A stretch of 64,000 nucleotides of DNA from Okamejei kenojei (taxonomy: Eukaryota): assembly GCA_035221665.1 (NCBI GenBank), contig CM069140.1, forward strand, positions 21,576,001 to 21,640,000. Direction: 5' to 3'. The notes under the pieces are model-generated. The model did no database searches and was not told the origin of the DNA. It saw only the letters and a program-made list of their open reading frames with translations. Both the position numbers and the translations under genes were made by a program. Positions 39,360-52,990 of the stretch are shown here, one piece after another. Position 1 is the first letter of the stretch; each line of letters opens with the position of its first letter.

Positions 39360-40690
39360 ATGACAGATCAAAAGAGAGAATTTGACAACCTACCATTGAC
39401 ATTATCATCTAAGAGTTTGCCATGATCAATGTTTTTGGTTCATCATAAACTTAACTGGAGAAGCAAAGAACAATGCCAAGGCTATGGCACAAAACAATAC
39501 TAGCTATAGTACTAAAGATCTGCTGTCCAGTACAGCAGTGCCCCCAGTCAAGCTGTTCCAGTACAGTTACAGGTAGCTGCACAATAATGTGGAACATTTC
39601 CCAGGTGTGTCCCATTCGCAAAAAGCAAATTAAATCTAATCCTGTTTAATTACTAGCTAATCAAACAGTCACCAGTAAAGTGATGGAAGGGGTCATCGAC
39701 AAACAGTGCTATGTGCTGTTTGAGATTTGTGAGGAACACTTGGTTCCAGACCATATCACAGCCTTGGTGAAAACATGGATGTGAGAGCTGAATTCTAGAG
39801 GTGAGGGAAGTGTCCAACCTCATTTGACATGAAGGCAGTATTTGACCACGTGGCATTAAAGCAATTGGCAAAACTGAAGTCATAAACAACAGAGAAAACA
39901 GTGCACTGGTGGGAGTCATAAGTCTGAAGAAGGGTCTTGACCCGAAATCTCCCCCTTTCCTACTCTCCAGAGATGCTGCGTATCCCATTGAGTTACTCCA
40001 GGTTTTAGTGCAAACATCTATAAAAGCTTATTTTGTCAATTATCCCAGTTCCAGGCCTGTCCTAGGCCTAACAATCTTCAGGTTCCATCAGTGACCTTCC
40101 TTAATAGTCATAAATGGGAAATTTGTAGATGATTGCATATTGTTCACTTCTAGTTGCAGCTTCTCAGTAAATGAAGCAACCAATGTCTGCATGCATCAAG
40201 ACCCAAACAACATTAAGGCAAAAGAGAGCCTAACCACGTACAGTTGACATTTAATAAGTGACATTACCTTCACTGAGCTCCCCAGCATCAGTGTCCTGAG
40301 AGTCAGCATTAACCAGAAACCTAACTACATAATACAGTGGTTTTGAGCAGATCAGAGATTGGGTACCCTGCAGCCAGTGAGCCATCATCTAATGCTGCAA
40401 AGCCTTTCTACTATCCACAGGGTATAGGTTGGGACTGTGATGGAACACATCTTTTTTCCTGAATGAGTCCAGCACCAACATCTCTGAAGATGCTAAACCC
40501 AGGACAAAACATCTCGATTGACACACCATCAACCATGCTAAATTTTCATTTCCCCCACCAACACTGCACAGTAATTGTCCTTTGTAGCATGTGCTCCATG
40601 CACAGCAGTTCCTCATCCATGTTAATCCCACACCATCAACCTCTGCTATTAAGGCATGTGGGAGCACTCCTACATGCCGGTTTCCACCTG
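39360..40690 (+). mobile_element. old degenerate non-LTR retrotransposon RT region
   Basis: remnants such as tttgacatgaaggcagtatttgaccacgtggcat (D.K.AFD.VWH) and tttgtagatgat (F.DD). Confidence 0.5.
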
Positions 40691-42170
40691 ACCCAATGGG
40701 AGATTAATTACCCACAATGTTGCTCAAGATTAAAGATATCATAGGTGACTTGATGGGCATGTGTAAGCTGCATGGGTATGAGGAAATAACGATAGGAGGA
40801 ATGGGACAAATCTGAATGGTCTGTTGGGAATCGGCATGGAGCCGGAAGACCGAATGGTTGTCTCCTGTTTTAAGTATTCCACACTACCCTTTGTCTTTGC
40901 TAGGTTACAGTTATGGTTCTCCCTATTTGAGAGTGCTGTGGAAATAATCTTTCAAAAAGTACAGGACCAGTTCAACAGGGTGGATTATTACATGGGTAAT
41001 AAATGTTTCCCTTGCCAGCAGAGGCCCAGAGCCTTGAAAATGAGCAGGAAGGGGGAGGGGAGAAGAAAATTATCAATTTTGAAAATGATCAAAATTCCAA
41101 AACCGGCATCCTCTTTTGATCAGAAACAAAAATAGGGACAGATGCATCAGAATAGATTGCCTGCAAAGTTCCACTCCAAATTGCACACTGTTTTCACTTG
41201 GAATCACCATTTCTTTGACATTGGTTGTGAATCCTGGGTCCTAAGAGCAATGTTGGACCATCCCATCCTTCTCTCCCTACCCTACCCCCCCCCCCCCCCC
41301 CCCCGCCAAAGAGTTAGTCAATTTAAGAAGGTGGCTCATCGTCAGTGGTAGTTGGAGATGGCTAATAAATGCTTGTCGCAGTTAAAACATGATAAATATC
41401 TTACAACTGAGTTGATACAGAATTGCACATTTTCAAGACCATTTTGTAATGTAGAGGAATCTTCAAGCAGCTTCCTTGATTATCTTTAGCTCATTCCGTA
41501 TCTGTTCTATTCTCTGATCTATGTCGCACAATTGCCTTTAATGTTCAGCAATCAATAAATCTTGTTACATTTTCAGTTTGTGCATTTCAATTTTTAATTG
41601 TTTCTAATCACTAATACATTACACTAACTAATCCTGTTCATTGGTTTGGGTCTTATGCCTGCACCAACTCTATTTAAAGTGTTTCATGGCTATTAATATT
41701 ATTTAATTATAAAAGCATAATTATTTACATGTGGAATTGTATAGGATTCTTGCAAATTGAGGCTACGAGCTAGAATGGCAGGTGACTTAAACTGTAAGAG
41801 GACATAAAAATTCATCAAAACTAAATTGTTTACTTGTATCTAAAAAGACTATATATTTCGTTATTTTTTACTATACAATAAGGATGGGCTTTAGCAATCC
41901 ATTTGGAAATTCTGTGATTTATAATATTTAACAACTTACCTAGTTTTTTTACTGGTTGAACTTGGGCCTTTGCTTCTAAGCACTTTATTTCCTTCAAGTT
42001 AACTTATTGAATAAATTATGATGATTAGACTCTTACACTTTGGCAGAGACCTCTTTGTTAATTAACACATTTTCATTTTTTTCACATCTAAGACCAGATC
42101 TGAAACTTTGTTTATTTTTGATTCCTCTCTCTGAGTATGCTTTCTTCCTCTGTTCTTCTTCTGACTATAG

Positions 42171-42320
42171 GATGCCAAGAGCTCACCTCTGTTGCCTCCT
42201 GATTTGTTAAAAAGTATTGCTGACTTTGAGGAGGAGGAAGAGCTGGCTTTTTCCAAACCCCATGATTTCTACCAGGCCTTGGCTGGCCCTCTTGGCAGTT
42301 CTTCGGGGCGTAGTTTCTTT
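42171..42320 (+). CDS. SMG7: SMG7 150-nt symmetric (phase 0/0) exon
   Basis: ctatag acceptor, gtatgt donor; DAKSSPLLPPDLLKSIADFEEEEELAFSKPHDFYQALAGPLGSSSGRSFF. Confidence 0.95.
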
Positions 42321-45266
42321 GTATGTACTTCTTTGATCTTCTGCTTTCTGTCTTACATTTCTGTTCTTGATAAGTGCTTTTAAGTTATTGGTATTGTAGT
42401 TATTCATAGCTGCAATGACAGTAAATTACTTTATTCTGCCACCTGCGTTTTTTAATTTAAAATAATTATTCCACTCAAGTGACACATGACAATTTGATTT
42501 ATTTTAATCCTCCAAATACTTACACATTTATTTGCAGCTGGGCATCTTTTAGGATTAGCATCATGAACAAATTTGATGTGAACATTAAACTGTTTATTAG
42601 ATTTATTAGTTTACAAAAAAAGGCCTGATGATGGATCTCGAGGGAAGGAATAAAGTATAAGAATCAAAATAGAGGACTAGCTGGAAAGGATGGCAAGTGT
42701 ACATAGAATAAAAAGATGAAGAAAAATTGGTCAATATTATAAAAACAGATGCTGAGACATGCACTTGTGAAAGGAGGGCAACACAAATTCCAGAAGTAGA
42801 ATTCAATACCTCTTCTGAAATATTGTTGGGATGTAAATTTGTGTAATGTGTGCATTACAGAACAAGTGTTATGACAAAAACGTTCTGGCTTCTGCGTAGC
42901 AATTTTTTATTGTGCCATTCCATCTGTTCTGAAGGCCCGGAGACGCAAGAAACTGCAGATGCTGAAATCTGAAGTAAAAAACAAACTGCTGGCGGGACCC
43001 TTTTTCATCGGCCTGTTTGGTTCCACAAATGTTGCCTGCACGATTGAGTTCCTCTAGCAGTTTGTTTTTATGCTGAAGGCTTTATTTGATGTACAGCTTA
43101 ATTGGTTTTTATTGGTGACCGTTAGGCCGACAGGAAATCTATGATAGTGATTTGCCAGTAAATGCCTTTTATATTACTATTGCCATCAGCACCACCAGCC
43201 TCTGCTTCCCTTTTTCTCCCTTTTATTTTTTTTCTTCTTCCTTCGTTCTCCCTCACCCATATCTCTGCATCTGTTGTCTTTTCATCTTTAGTTTCACTGG
43301 AAACATGGACAAATTGCTTCTCGCACTCTAATGGGTTCCCTTGATAATTGTTTAATAAAGTTGCACAAAATATTTCATTTTGGGGTAGAATTTACCTGTT
43401 TTCTTATTGAGAAAGTAAAACCTTATTCTGATTCACATATTTATTCTAGACTAAATAGCTATTCAGTTGTAAATGCTGCATACTTCTCAGAAATGTTGCT
43501 GTTTTCGATAATGTACTTGAAATATTTGCGTTGAATTTATTTGAAATTTCCATTGATCTCAGGCGCTGAGTTACTAGCTGTAATATAATCCCTATATGAG
43601 AAACATAAAATGATTTACCATGATATAACCCATTCTTTAAAACTATGGGCATTGCCATTGGAGATTGGTTGGACGTTAAAATATTATTACTCATGTTGTA
43701 CAAATATTAAATACCAATCATGAGCATTGAGCAAGAGAATTTGTGATGACTGAAAATGGCAAACATAGCAGATGGGAAAATCTGTATTTGAAAGAATAGT
43801 TCATAATTGTTTATCAGTACAATAGGTCATTGTAATGCCTGACATTGTATTAAGTCTTATCCATTATGATTTATCCTGGTTACAAAATTGAAAAGTATGT
43901 ACATTTTCACTATTCATGAAAATGTTGCTTTTGCTATAGAATAAATGCTACTTTGGATTCCATTATTTTTCCTCCTGATGATTGCACAGGATTTGGCCAA
44001 GTTGTCTACAAATATGACTATTTATTTTCCTTTAGCTCCTCTCCCAAATGTTTTCCAATAATACTATCGGCGTAACCCTTCACTTTGATGCTCACCGCAA
44101 CCCATCCATGTGACATTCTCCTCATTCTTTGCTAAAGTTTCTCCAAAATCTCATTTTGCATTTCTTGGTGATTATTTTTTTAATCTAGACATGCTATTCC
44201 CTGTAAGGTGAAACATTATCTTTGTATCCACTGTATCAAAGCCCATTATAGGTCTCTAATAATTCAGACTATTTCAGCTGCCTTTTCTCAAGAGAAGATA
44301 GAGCCAGTCTGTTCATCTTTTCTTGAACTTTTCATTTCTAGTCTCATCTTTGAACCTTCATCAGTACATTAAAAAAATGGAGATTAAGAGATGAACTGTA
44401 TGCTGTACTCTAAACTAAGGGTTGATACAGGTTTAGCACCCTTTGCCTACTTTTCAATTCTGCCCCTCTAAAAATAAATCATGGTTTGTTTTTATAATGG
44501 CCTTGTTAATGTGCAGTGTAATCTACAATGTATTCAATATCCCTTTATTCCTCTATTCCATCTAAACAAATCCTCCATATATTGTAACCACTCTATTCAC
44601 CTTAACAAAATATGTATATTTGTGTTAATGTGTTTTTGGTTTGCTTTCAGATTTAGGTTCTTCCACTTCTCTATTTTTATTTAGCACTAGAAACACATTG
44701 AAATTATCTGTCTAGGCCTCAAATCAGGTATGACAATGTAAGATTTTAAATCATATGAGATATCAAATTTATGCCTAGCATTCTGCGGTGCTCTGTATAC
44801 TTTAAAATAAGGGACACGTTAATTCCCTCAATTTGTTTCATCTCGAGGTCAAGTTCAGTGACAAGATAGTTAATCAGCCTTGTTAGTTAATGGACCACAA
44901 GATGTGGCTGCAGGTAAAATTACATCTTGTAATGTTTTGTAGACAAGTTGTGATTATGGAGAAAGTTTAGAAGAAATGTTGTATTTGATGTTGTAAAATT
45001 ATGTTGGTGACTGCCTGCGTATTATGATGGGACTTTAAAAATGGTGAGGTTGGCAAGCTGCATGCATGCACAGCATAGCCCCATACTACCCCTGGCCCCA
45101 ATCTGTTGAAGTGAGCTATCAACTTTAGTAGTATGTTAATGACTAAATTGCTGAAGTATTAATCTGCCTGAAGAAGGCCTGAAATGTTAACTATAATTCA
45201 GATTCCAGTATTTTCCATTTTGTTTTCCCCCGCATTAACACGCCGTTTGTTGGGTCCAGAGAGGGT

Positions 45267-45678
45267 AGAAACATAGAAACATAGACAATAGGTGCAGGAG
45301 GAGGCCATTCGGCCCTTCGAGCCTGCACCGCCATTCAATATGATCATAGCTGATCATCCAACTCAGTATCCCGTACCTGCCTTCTCTCCATACCCTCTGA
45401 TCCCCTTAGCCACAAGGGCCACATCCAACTCACTCTTAAATATAGCCAATGAACTGGCCTCAACTACCTCTGTGGCAGAGAGTTCCAGAGACTCACCACT
45501 CTCTGTGTGAAGAAAGTCTTTCTCATCTCGGTCTTAAAGGATTTCCCCCTTATCCTTAAGCTGTGACCCCTTGTCCTGGACTTCCCCAACATCGGGAACA
45601 ATCTTCCTGCATCTAGCCTGTCCAACCCCTTAAGAATTTTGTAAGTTTCTATAAGATCCCCTCTTAATCTCCTAAATT
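45267..45678 (-). mobile_element. young CR1 3' fragment
   Basis: near identical to 47140-47555; (agaaacat)n tail; possible TSD agggt. Confidence 0.92.
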
Positions 45679-46373
45679 AAGGGTGCCCAGGCTTCCTGAA
45701 AAACTTCCTTTGACACAATAGAACATTTGAACCTGAGTACTGTATTTAAAACAAAAAAAATCTGACCGCTTGTAGTTCAGTTCTGTTGGACTGTGCCATT
45801 TGTCCAGACTTGACGATTAAGCTTTATTTTGAGAAATAGGAACTACATACTATCTGCATTTTCTAAACTATTTGCAAGTACTTTGTCTTATCAAGTTCTA
45901 TGGTATTGAGTTTTAGTGACTATTTTAAAGTGTTAGTCTTCCCCTAGTTTCATTGTTTCTTTGATACCCAACTCCAGCTCAAAGATACCATTATTTTCTT
46001 CAGTACATACAGTTTGTTTCTTGCCTTCTAGTGGGGAACTGTCCATTTGCAGTTCTTTTGCTGAGCGGTTACTTGAGCGTGTAAAAGGTTTATTGCTTCA
46101 CGGAAGCATAGATTCTGCTTACGCTGCCATAGAATGGATGTGAGATGGGGACATATAGTAAAGGGCTTGTTGAAGTTGAGTACCAATGGAGATCCCGGTA
46201 AACACTGAGGTAGTAGTGAACTACTATGTGGTATAGGAGCATGTCAGAGGAAATGGGGTTGTGAATTGATTGCTATTGTACACAGCGTCGTGATATGTTT
46301 ATTCAGTAAAATACCTTCTGCTTTGACTCTAAGTTCAGCACCATGCTCCTAGACATGTTGCCATGTCCACTAT

Positions 46374-46482
46374 GGTACACAAAAGGCTGGAGAAACTCAG
46401 CGGGTGCACCCGCTGAGTTTCTCCAGCCTTTTGTGTACCCTCGATTCTCCAGCATCTGCAGTTCCTTCTTTAACACAAACGT
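46374..46482. mobile_element. Penelope-derived insertion containing a perfect 66-bp palindrome
   Basis: TSD catgtccactat at 46362-46373 and 46483-46494; palindrome 46374-46439. Confidence 0.85.
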
Positions 46483-47139
46483 CATGTCCACTATTGCTGA
46501 TTGGACAGAACATTTGGATGTACAATTCTAGCTAACTATAAAAGAAACTTGATAAAACGTATCCCCTTGTACTCCAAATTCTTGCAAGCTATCTGAAAAT
46601 AGGAGGCAGGAATTCCCAACACACAATCCAGTTCCCATTTGTTCACAAGAGTTCTCTACTCCTGGAAGTCTGGAAATTTGACACTGCCAAATTAAGTGTA
46701 CTATTGCCTTATTGGATTAAGATATAAATAACTGCAATCAAAATGTTTTGGTTGTAGGTTAAAAAATCAATTACGTTAATCCAGGGTGGGGGGGGGGGGG
46801 AGATGGGAAAACGTGACTGTTCATTATAGTGTCATCTTTATCTTTTTTTTCTGAGTAAGCCCAATTGTTCAGCTGACAGAATAAGCATTGCCATGTTTGG
46901 CAAAAATTCTGTTGATGTTTGTACATTTTCGAATTGATCAAAGTAGGCTGAGTGTCTTTATTTCTTGCTTTCCCTTTTTTACCTCTGCTAATTCAATGTT
47001 AAATGTACCACCAATGCAGCAATCAACATTTAGCAAATGCCTGCATAAAACTAAAGAGAATGAGTGTTTATAACTTCCTAGTCGCACAAAATAGGAGTAA
47101 CTGATTTGATTGTGTAATCGGAAAAAAATAAGTATGATG

Positions 47140-48793
47140 ATAGAAACATAGAAACATAGAAATTAGGTGCAGGAGTAGGCCATTCAGCCCTTCGAGCCTG
47201 CACCGCCATTCAATATGATCATGGCTGATCATCCAACTCAGTATCCCGTACCTGCCTTCTCTCCATACCCTCTGATCCCCTTAGCCACAAGGGCCACATC
47301 CAACTCACTCTTAAATATAGCCAATGAACTGGCCTCAACTACCCTCTGTGGCAGAGAGTTCCAGAGACTCACCACTCTCTGTGTGAAAAAAGTCTTTCTC
47401 ATCACGGTCTTAAAGGATTTCCCCCTTATCCTTAAGCTGTGACCCCTTGTCCTGGACTTCCCCAACATCGGGAACAATCTTCCTGCATCTAGCCTGTCCA
47501 ACCCCTTAAGAATTTTGTAAGTTTCTATAAGATCCACTCTCAATCTCCTAAATTCCAGAGAGTATAAACCGAGTCTACCCAGTCTTTCTTCATAAGACAG
47601 TCCTGAAATCCCAGGAATCAGTCTGGTGAACCTTCTCTGCACTCCCTCTATGGCAATAATGTCCTTCCTCAGATTTGGAGACCAAAACTGTACGCAATAC
47701 TCCAGGTGTGGTCTCACCAAGACCCTGTACAACTGAAGTAGAACCTCCCTGCTCCTGTACTCAAATCCTTTTGCTATGAAAGCTAACATACCATTCGCTT
47801 TTTTCACTGCCTGCTGCAACTGCATGCCTACTTTCAATGACTGGTGTACCATGACACCCAGGTCTCGCTGCATCTCCCCTTTTCCTAATCGGCCACCATT
47901 TAAATAATAGTCTGCTTTCCTGTTTTTTGCCACCAAAGTGGATAACCTCACATTTATCCACATTATACTGCATCTGCCAAACATTTGCCCACTCACCCAG
48001 CCTATCCAAGTCACCTTGCAGTCTCCTAGCATCCTCCTCACAGCTAACACTGCCCCCCAGCTTAGTGTCATCCGCAAACTTGGAGATATTGCCTTCAATT
48101 CCCTCATCCAGATCATTAATATATATTGTAAAAAGCTGGGGTCCCAGCACTGAGCCCTGCGGTACCCCACTAGTCACTGCCTGCCATTGTGAAAAGGATC
48201 CGTTTACTCCTACTCTTTGCTTCCTGTTTGCCAGCCAGTTCTCTATCCACATCAATACTGAACCCCTAATACCGTATGCTTTAAGTTTGTATACTAATCT
48301 CTTATGTGGGACCTTGTCGAAAGCCTTCTGGAAGTCCAGATATACCACATCCACTGGTTCTCCCCTTATCCACGCTACTAGTTACATCCTCGAAAAATTC
48401 CACAAGATTCGTCAGACATGATTTACCTTTCGTAAATCCATGCTGACTTTGTCCAATGATTTCACCACTTTCCAAATGTGCTGCTATCCCATCTTTAATA
48501 ACTAGCAGTTTCCCCACTACCGATGTTAGACTAACTGGTCTGTAATTCCCCGTTTTCTCTCTCCCTCCCTTCTTAAAAAGAGGGGTTACATTTGCTACCC
48601 GCCAATCCTCAGGAACTACTCCAGAATCTAAAGAGTTTTGAAAGATTATCACTAATGCATCCACTATTTCCTGAGCTACTTCCTTAAGTACTCTGGGATG
48701 CAGCCTATCTGGCCCTGGGGATTTATCGGCCTTTAATCTATTCAATTTACCCAACACCACTTCCCGACTGACCTGGATTTCACTCAATTCCTC
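47140..48793 (-). mobile_element. young 5'-truncated CR1 LINE with RT domain (about two frameshifts)
   Basis: KSPGPD, NYRPVSLTS, YLDFQKAFDKVPH, GVPQGSVLGP, FADDTKL, LVRPHLEYCVQFWSP; (agaaacat)n tail. Confidence 0.97.
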
Positions 48794-48887
48794 AATTTAA
48801 AGAGGCCAATGAACTTACAAACTGGCACGTCTTTGGGATGCTATTTAAAAGTAAGCGATGGCAATTTAAAATAAAGACAACCTCAAG

Positions 48888-49180
48888 CTTGGTGCAGTGG
48901 TAGAGTTGCTTCCTTACCGCAGCAAAGACTTTGGTTTGATCCTGACTATGGGTGTTGTCGGTACAGAGTGTACATTCTCTCTGTGACCGCATAGGTTTTC
49001 CTCTGGGTGCTCCAGTTTCTTCCCACACTACAAAGACATACAGATTTGTAGGTTAATTGGCTTTGGTAAAATTGTGAATTGTCCCTAGTGTGTAGGATAG
49101 TGTTAGTGTATGGGTTAATCGCTGGTCAGCACAGACTATGTGGGCTGTAGCGCCTTTTTTAGCACTAACTAAAGTCTAAA
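48888..49180 (+). mobile_element. HE1-type SINE
   Basis: ggtgcagtggtagagttg head, central core, gtaggttaattggc motif. Confidence 0.8.
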
Positions 49181-50177
49181 TGGTAGTATCAGCAGAGTTT
49201 TTTGAGAATATTTTTCAGATCGAGGTAGATGGATATGTGCTAAGCAAGGCATGAAAGACTATTGGAGTAACTCTGCAGGACAGGCAGCATCTCTGCAGAG
49301 AAAGAATGGGTGACATTTCGGCTTTAGACCCTTCTTCAGACTCCAGAGATGCTGCCTGTCCTGCTGAGTGACTCCAGCATTTGGTGTTTATCTTCAGTGT
49401 AAACCAGCATCCACAGTTCCTTCTTACAAAATGAAAGATTATTGTTGGTGAATGGTAATGTGGATTTGAGTTGGCAATCAGATCTGTTGTGTATTATTAA
49501 ATGACAGAGAAAGGCTGGAGGGACTGAGTGATATATTCTTGCTCCTAATCTCTAGGTTTGTTTTTGTATATATTCAATTGACGTGATTTTATTAAATTGT
49601 ACTTCTATCCTTGAACTTAGCCGATATTCAGTAGTATGAAACGAGTTGACCACTGGTATATAAAGCATTTTTGACGTTTGGAGGTCACAGTTACTCGGGC
49701 TACCATTCTGGCATTGTGGAAGTTTCATTGGCATCTTGCATCTGTTTTCTGAAACTGGAATGGAGAGATTTGAATGCCATAATTTTCAATTTCCTTTTTT
49801 AATGGCATATACTGAATTTTGCCAAATATCCAAATTATACATTCTGCATGCATTTCTTATTGCTCGGTCTTTAACAAAGGGGAAATAGAAAATTTGTCTC
49901 CATGTGAATGGCCTTACGAAAAGCACTTCCAACCAAATGAAATGCTGCTAAAGTGTAGTCACTGCTGTACTGTATGTATGTGACCCATTATATCTTTCTG
50001 AATAAGTAAGCAAGTTTGAAATAGAGAGCAAGTTTTAAATAGAGTGGTTACTAATTTATTGTTTCATTTGGCTAATGTAAAGCATTTTATGGGGTTGCAT
50101 AGGTAGAATTGGGGAGAAGTTGCATGAATATGGCTGTATAATTGTTTTATAAATAGTTCCTAAACATAGTTCAGGTT

Positions 50178-51764
50178 AGTTACCTGGATCAGTGGAACCT
50201 CTTTTGGGGAAGGAGTGACCTGTATAAAAAGGACGGGTTGCACTTGAACCCGAGGGGGACCAGTATCCTGGCAGGGAAATTTGCAAAGGCTACTGGGGGG
50301 ACTTTAAACTAGAACGGTTGGGGGGAGGGACTCGAATAGAGAAAGCTAGTAGGCAGGAGGCAGAGAAGGGAAGCACTCAGACCCAACATGTAGGGGGGAA
50401 AGAAGAAAAAAATAATAAACAGAGAATAAAAGGTGGTGGGTTTCCAGGGCAAAAATCAAAAGGGGCCACTTGTCAACGTAATTGTATAAGGAGTAAGAGT
50501 GTTGTAAAAACAAGCCTGAAGGCTTTGTGTCTCAATGCGAGGAGCATTCGTAATAAGGTGGACGAGTTGAATATGCAGATAGCTATTAATGACTATGCTA
50601 TAGTTGGGATCACGGAGACATGGCTCCAGCAGGACCAAGGCTGGGAGCTGAACATCCAGGGATATTCAATATTCAGGAGGGATAGACATAAAGGAAAACG
50701 CGGTGGGGTAGCGTTGCTGGTGAGAGAGGAGATTAATGCAATAGAAAGGAAAGACATTAGCTTGGAGGATGTGGAATCGATATGGGTAGAGCTGCGAAAC
50801 TCTAAGGGGCAGAAAACACTAGTGGGTTGTGTACAGGCCACATAACAGTAGTAGTGGAGTTGGGGATGGCATCAAACAGGAAATTAGAAATGCGTGCAAC
50901 AAGGGTAAAACAGTTATAATGGGTGACTTCAATCTACATATAGATTGGGTAAATCAAATGGGCAGGGGTGCTGAGGAAGAGGATTTCTTTGAATGTATGC
51001 GGGATAATTTTCTAAACCAACATGTAGAGGAACCAACGAGAGAACAGGCTATTCTAGACTGGGTATTGAGTAAAGAGGAAGGGTTAGTTAGCAATCTTGT
51101 TGTGCGTGGCCCCTTGGACAATAGTGACCATAATATGGTTGAGTTCTTTGTTAGGATGGAGAGTGATATAATTAAGTCAGAAACAAGGGTTCTGATGACC
51201 ACACCTGGGGTATTGCTTACAGTTTTAGTCTCCAAATCTGAGGAAAGACATTCTTGCCATAGAGGGGGTACAGAGAAGGTTCACCAGACTGATTCCTGGG
51301 ATGTCAGTACTTTCATATGAGGAAAGACTGGATAGACTTGGCTTGTACTCGCTAGAATTTAGAAGACTGAGGGGGGATCTTAGAGAAACTTACAAAATTC
51401 TTAAGGGGTTGGATGGGCTAGATGCAGGAAGATTGTTCCCGATGTTGGGGAGGTCCAGAACAAGGGGTCACAGTCTAAGGATAAGGGGGAATTCCTTTAG
51501 GACCGAGATGAGGAAAACATTTTTCACACAGAGAGTGGTGATTCTCTGGAATTCTCTGCCACAGAAGGTAGTTGAGGCCAGTTCATTGGCTATATTTAAG
51601 AGGGAGTTAGATGTGGCCCTTGTGGCTAAAGGGATCAGGGGGTATGGAGAGAAGGCAGGTACAGGATACTGAGTTGGATGATCAGCCATGATCATATTGA
51701 ATGGTGGTGCAGGCTCGAACGGCCGAATGGCCTACTCCTGCACCTATTTTCTATGTTCCTATGT
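50178..51764 (+). mobile_element. CR1 LINE with ORF1 end, APE endonuclease and an internal deletion removing RT
   Basis: ORF1 esterase-like DGLHLN; ORF2 CLNARSI, GITETWL, GDFN, SDHN; jump at about 51193 to the PHL.Y C-terminal region; tctatgttcctatg tail. Confidence 0.95.
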
Positions 51765-52619
51765 GACAAAATCACCGTGGTATTTCACGGCTTCCACAGC
51801 AGTCGGCTGACATTGTAAAATTTAAGCGAGGAATTCCTCACAGGATACTCGTGCATTTTGGAGGATGAGGGGATGTTGTGTTCATGGAAAGACACGCTGG
51901 ATCAGAATTTTCCATAATGTGAAGCTGCGTAATATGTGCAGGCATCGAGTAATGAGAGCTGAAAAAAATGGTGTGGTTTAATTTTCATTTAAATTCCATG
52001 AGAATTAATCTAATTTCATTTGCGCATCTTCACATTTATTTTGGTTAATTACGACTGAGATGCTATAAGTATCAAATGTAGTCCTTTCCATGTTGATTAT
52101 CCTCAGTGTAATCTTAACTTTTCAAATACCTATAGATCATATCTCTCCAAATCTCTTCTGGTAACTTGCAGACCACACTTATGTTAGGCTCTCTGATCTA
52201 TAGTTCATTGGGTTTTCCTGGCAGCCTTTCATAGATAGTGGCACAACATTGGCCACCCTCCAGTCTTCTGGCACTTCACCTGCGGCCATCATTGATACAT
52301 ATATCACTGCTAGGGGTTCTGCAATTTCTTCCCTAGCTTCCTACAGTATCCTAGAATACACTTGATCAGATCCCAAGGATTTGCCCGCCATGATATGGTG
52401 TAAAATCTTCAGTACCTATTATTCTGCAATGCGGGCTCTCTTCAAGACATCTCAATTAACTTCCCCGAATTCCATCATATTTATGTGTTTCTCCACAGTA
52501 AATATAGATGAGAAATCATCATTTAATACCTCGCCCATCTCCTGTTCCTCGGCACATAGATCTTGCTTGTAGCAGCATTATGGCACGTAGACTCAGACTA
52601 CACACAAAAACATTAATCT

Positions 52620-52990
52620 TGCCTAGATTTCACAAATTTGACAAGACAGTGAAAAGAAAATGACTGCAATTAACAACGCAATAGTGCAAAAATGCAATAA
52701 AAAAAGAAACCAGTCCATGGTGGTGTGAGAGATGGGCTATGGTGTTCTGTTGCTGAGGTAAGATTACAGTTATGCTGGCCAGTGCAAGAACTTGATGCTT
52801 ATAGGAACGTTCTTGAAATTGGTGGTGTGGGACTTCAAACTTCTGTATCTCCTGCCTGATGGTAGCAGTGAGAAAAAGGTGTGGCCCAGATGGTGGGGAT
52901 CCTTGATGATAGATGCCACCTCCTTGAGGAAGTGCCTCGTATAGATACTTTCCATGTGGAGAGGGCTGTGCCTAGGATGACCACACATGT
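52620..52990 (-). mobile_element. Rex1/Babar-like LINE 3' fragment
   Basis: IIKDPHHLGHTFFSLLPSGRRYRSL; related fragments near 18900-19850, 34560-34950 and 59290-59560. Confidence 0.65.

Noticed and set aside
46303-46531. Mirror ORFs on both strands with the same peptide YTKGWRNSAGAPAEFLQPFVY
   Set aside because: Trivial consequence of the perfect DNA palindrome.
47238-48787. Active reverse transcriptase gene
   Set aside because: 5'-truncated CR1 without promoter, ORF1 or endonuclease, and split by frameshifts.
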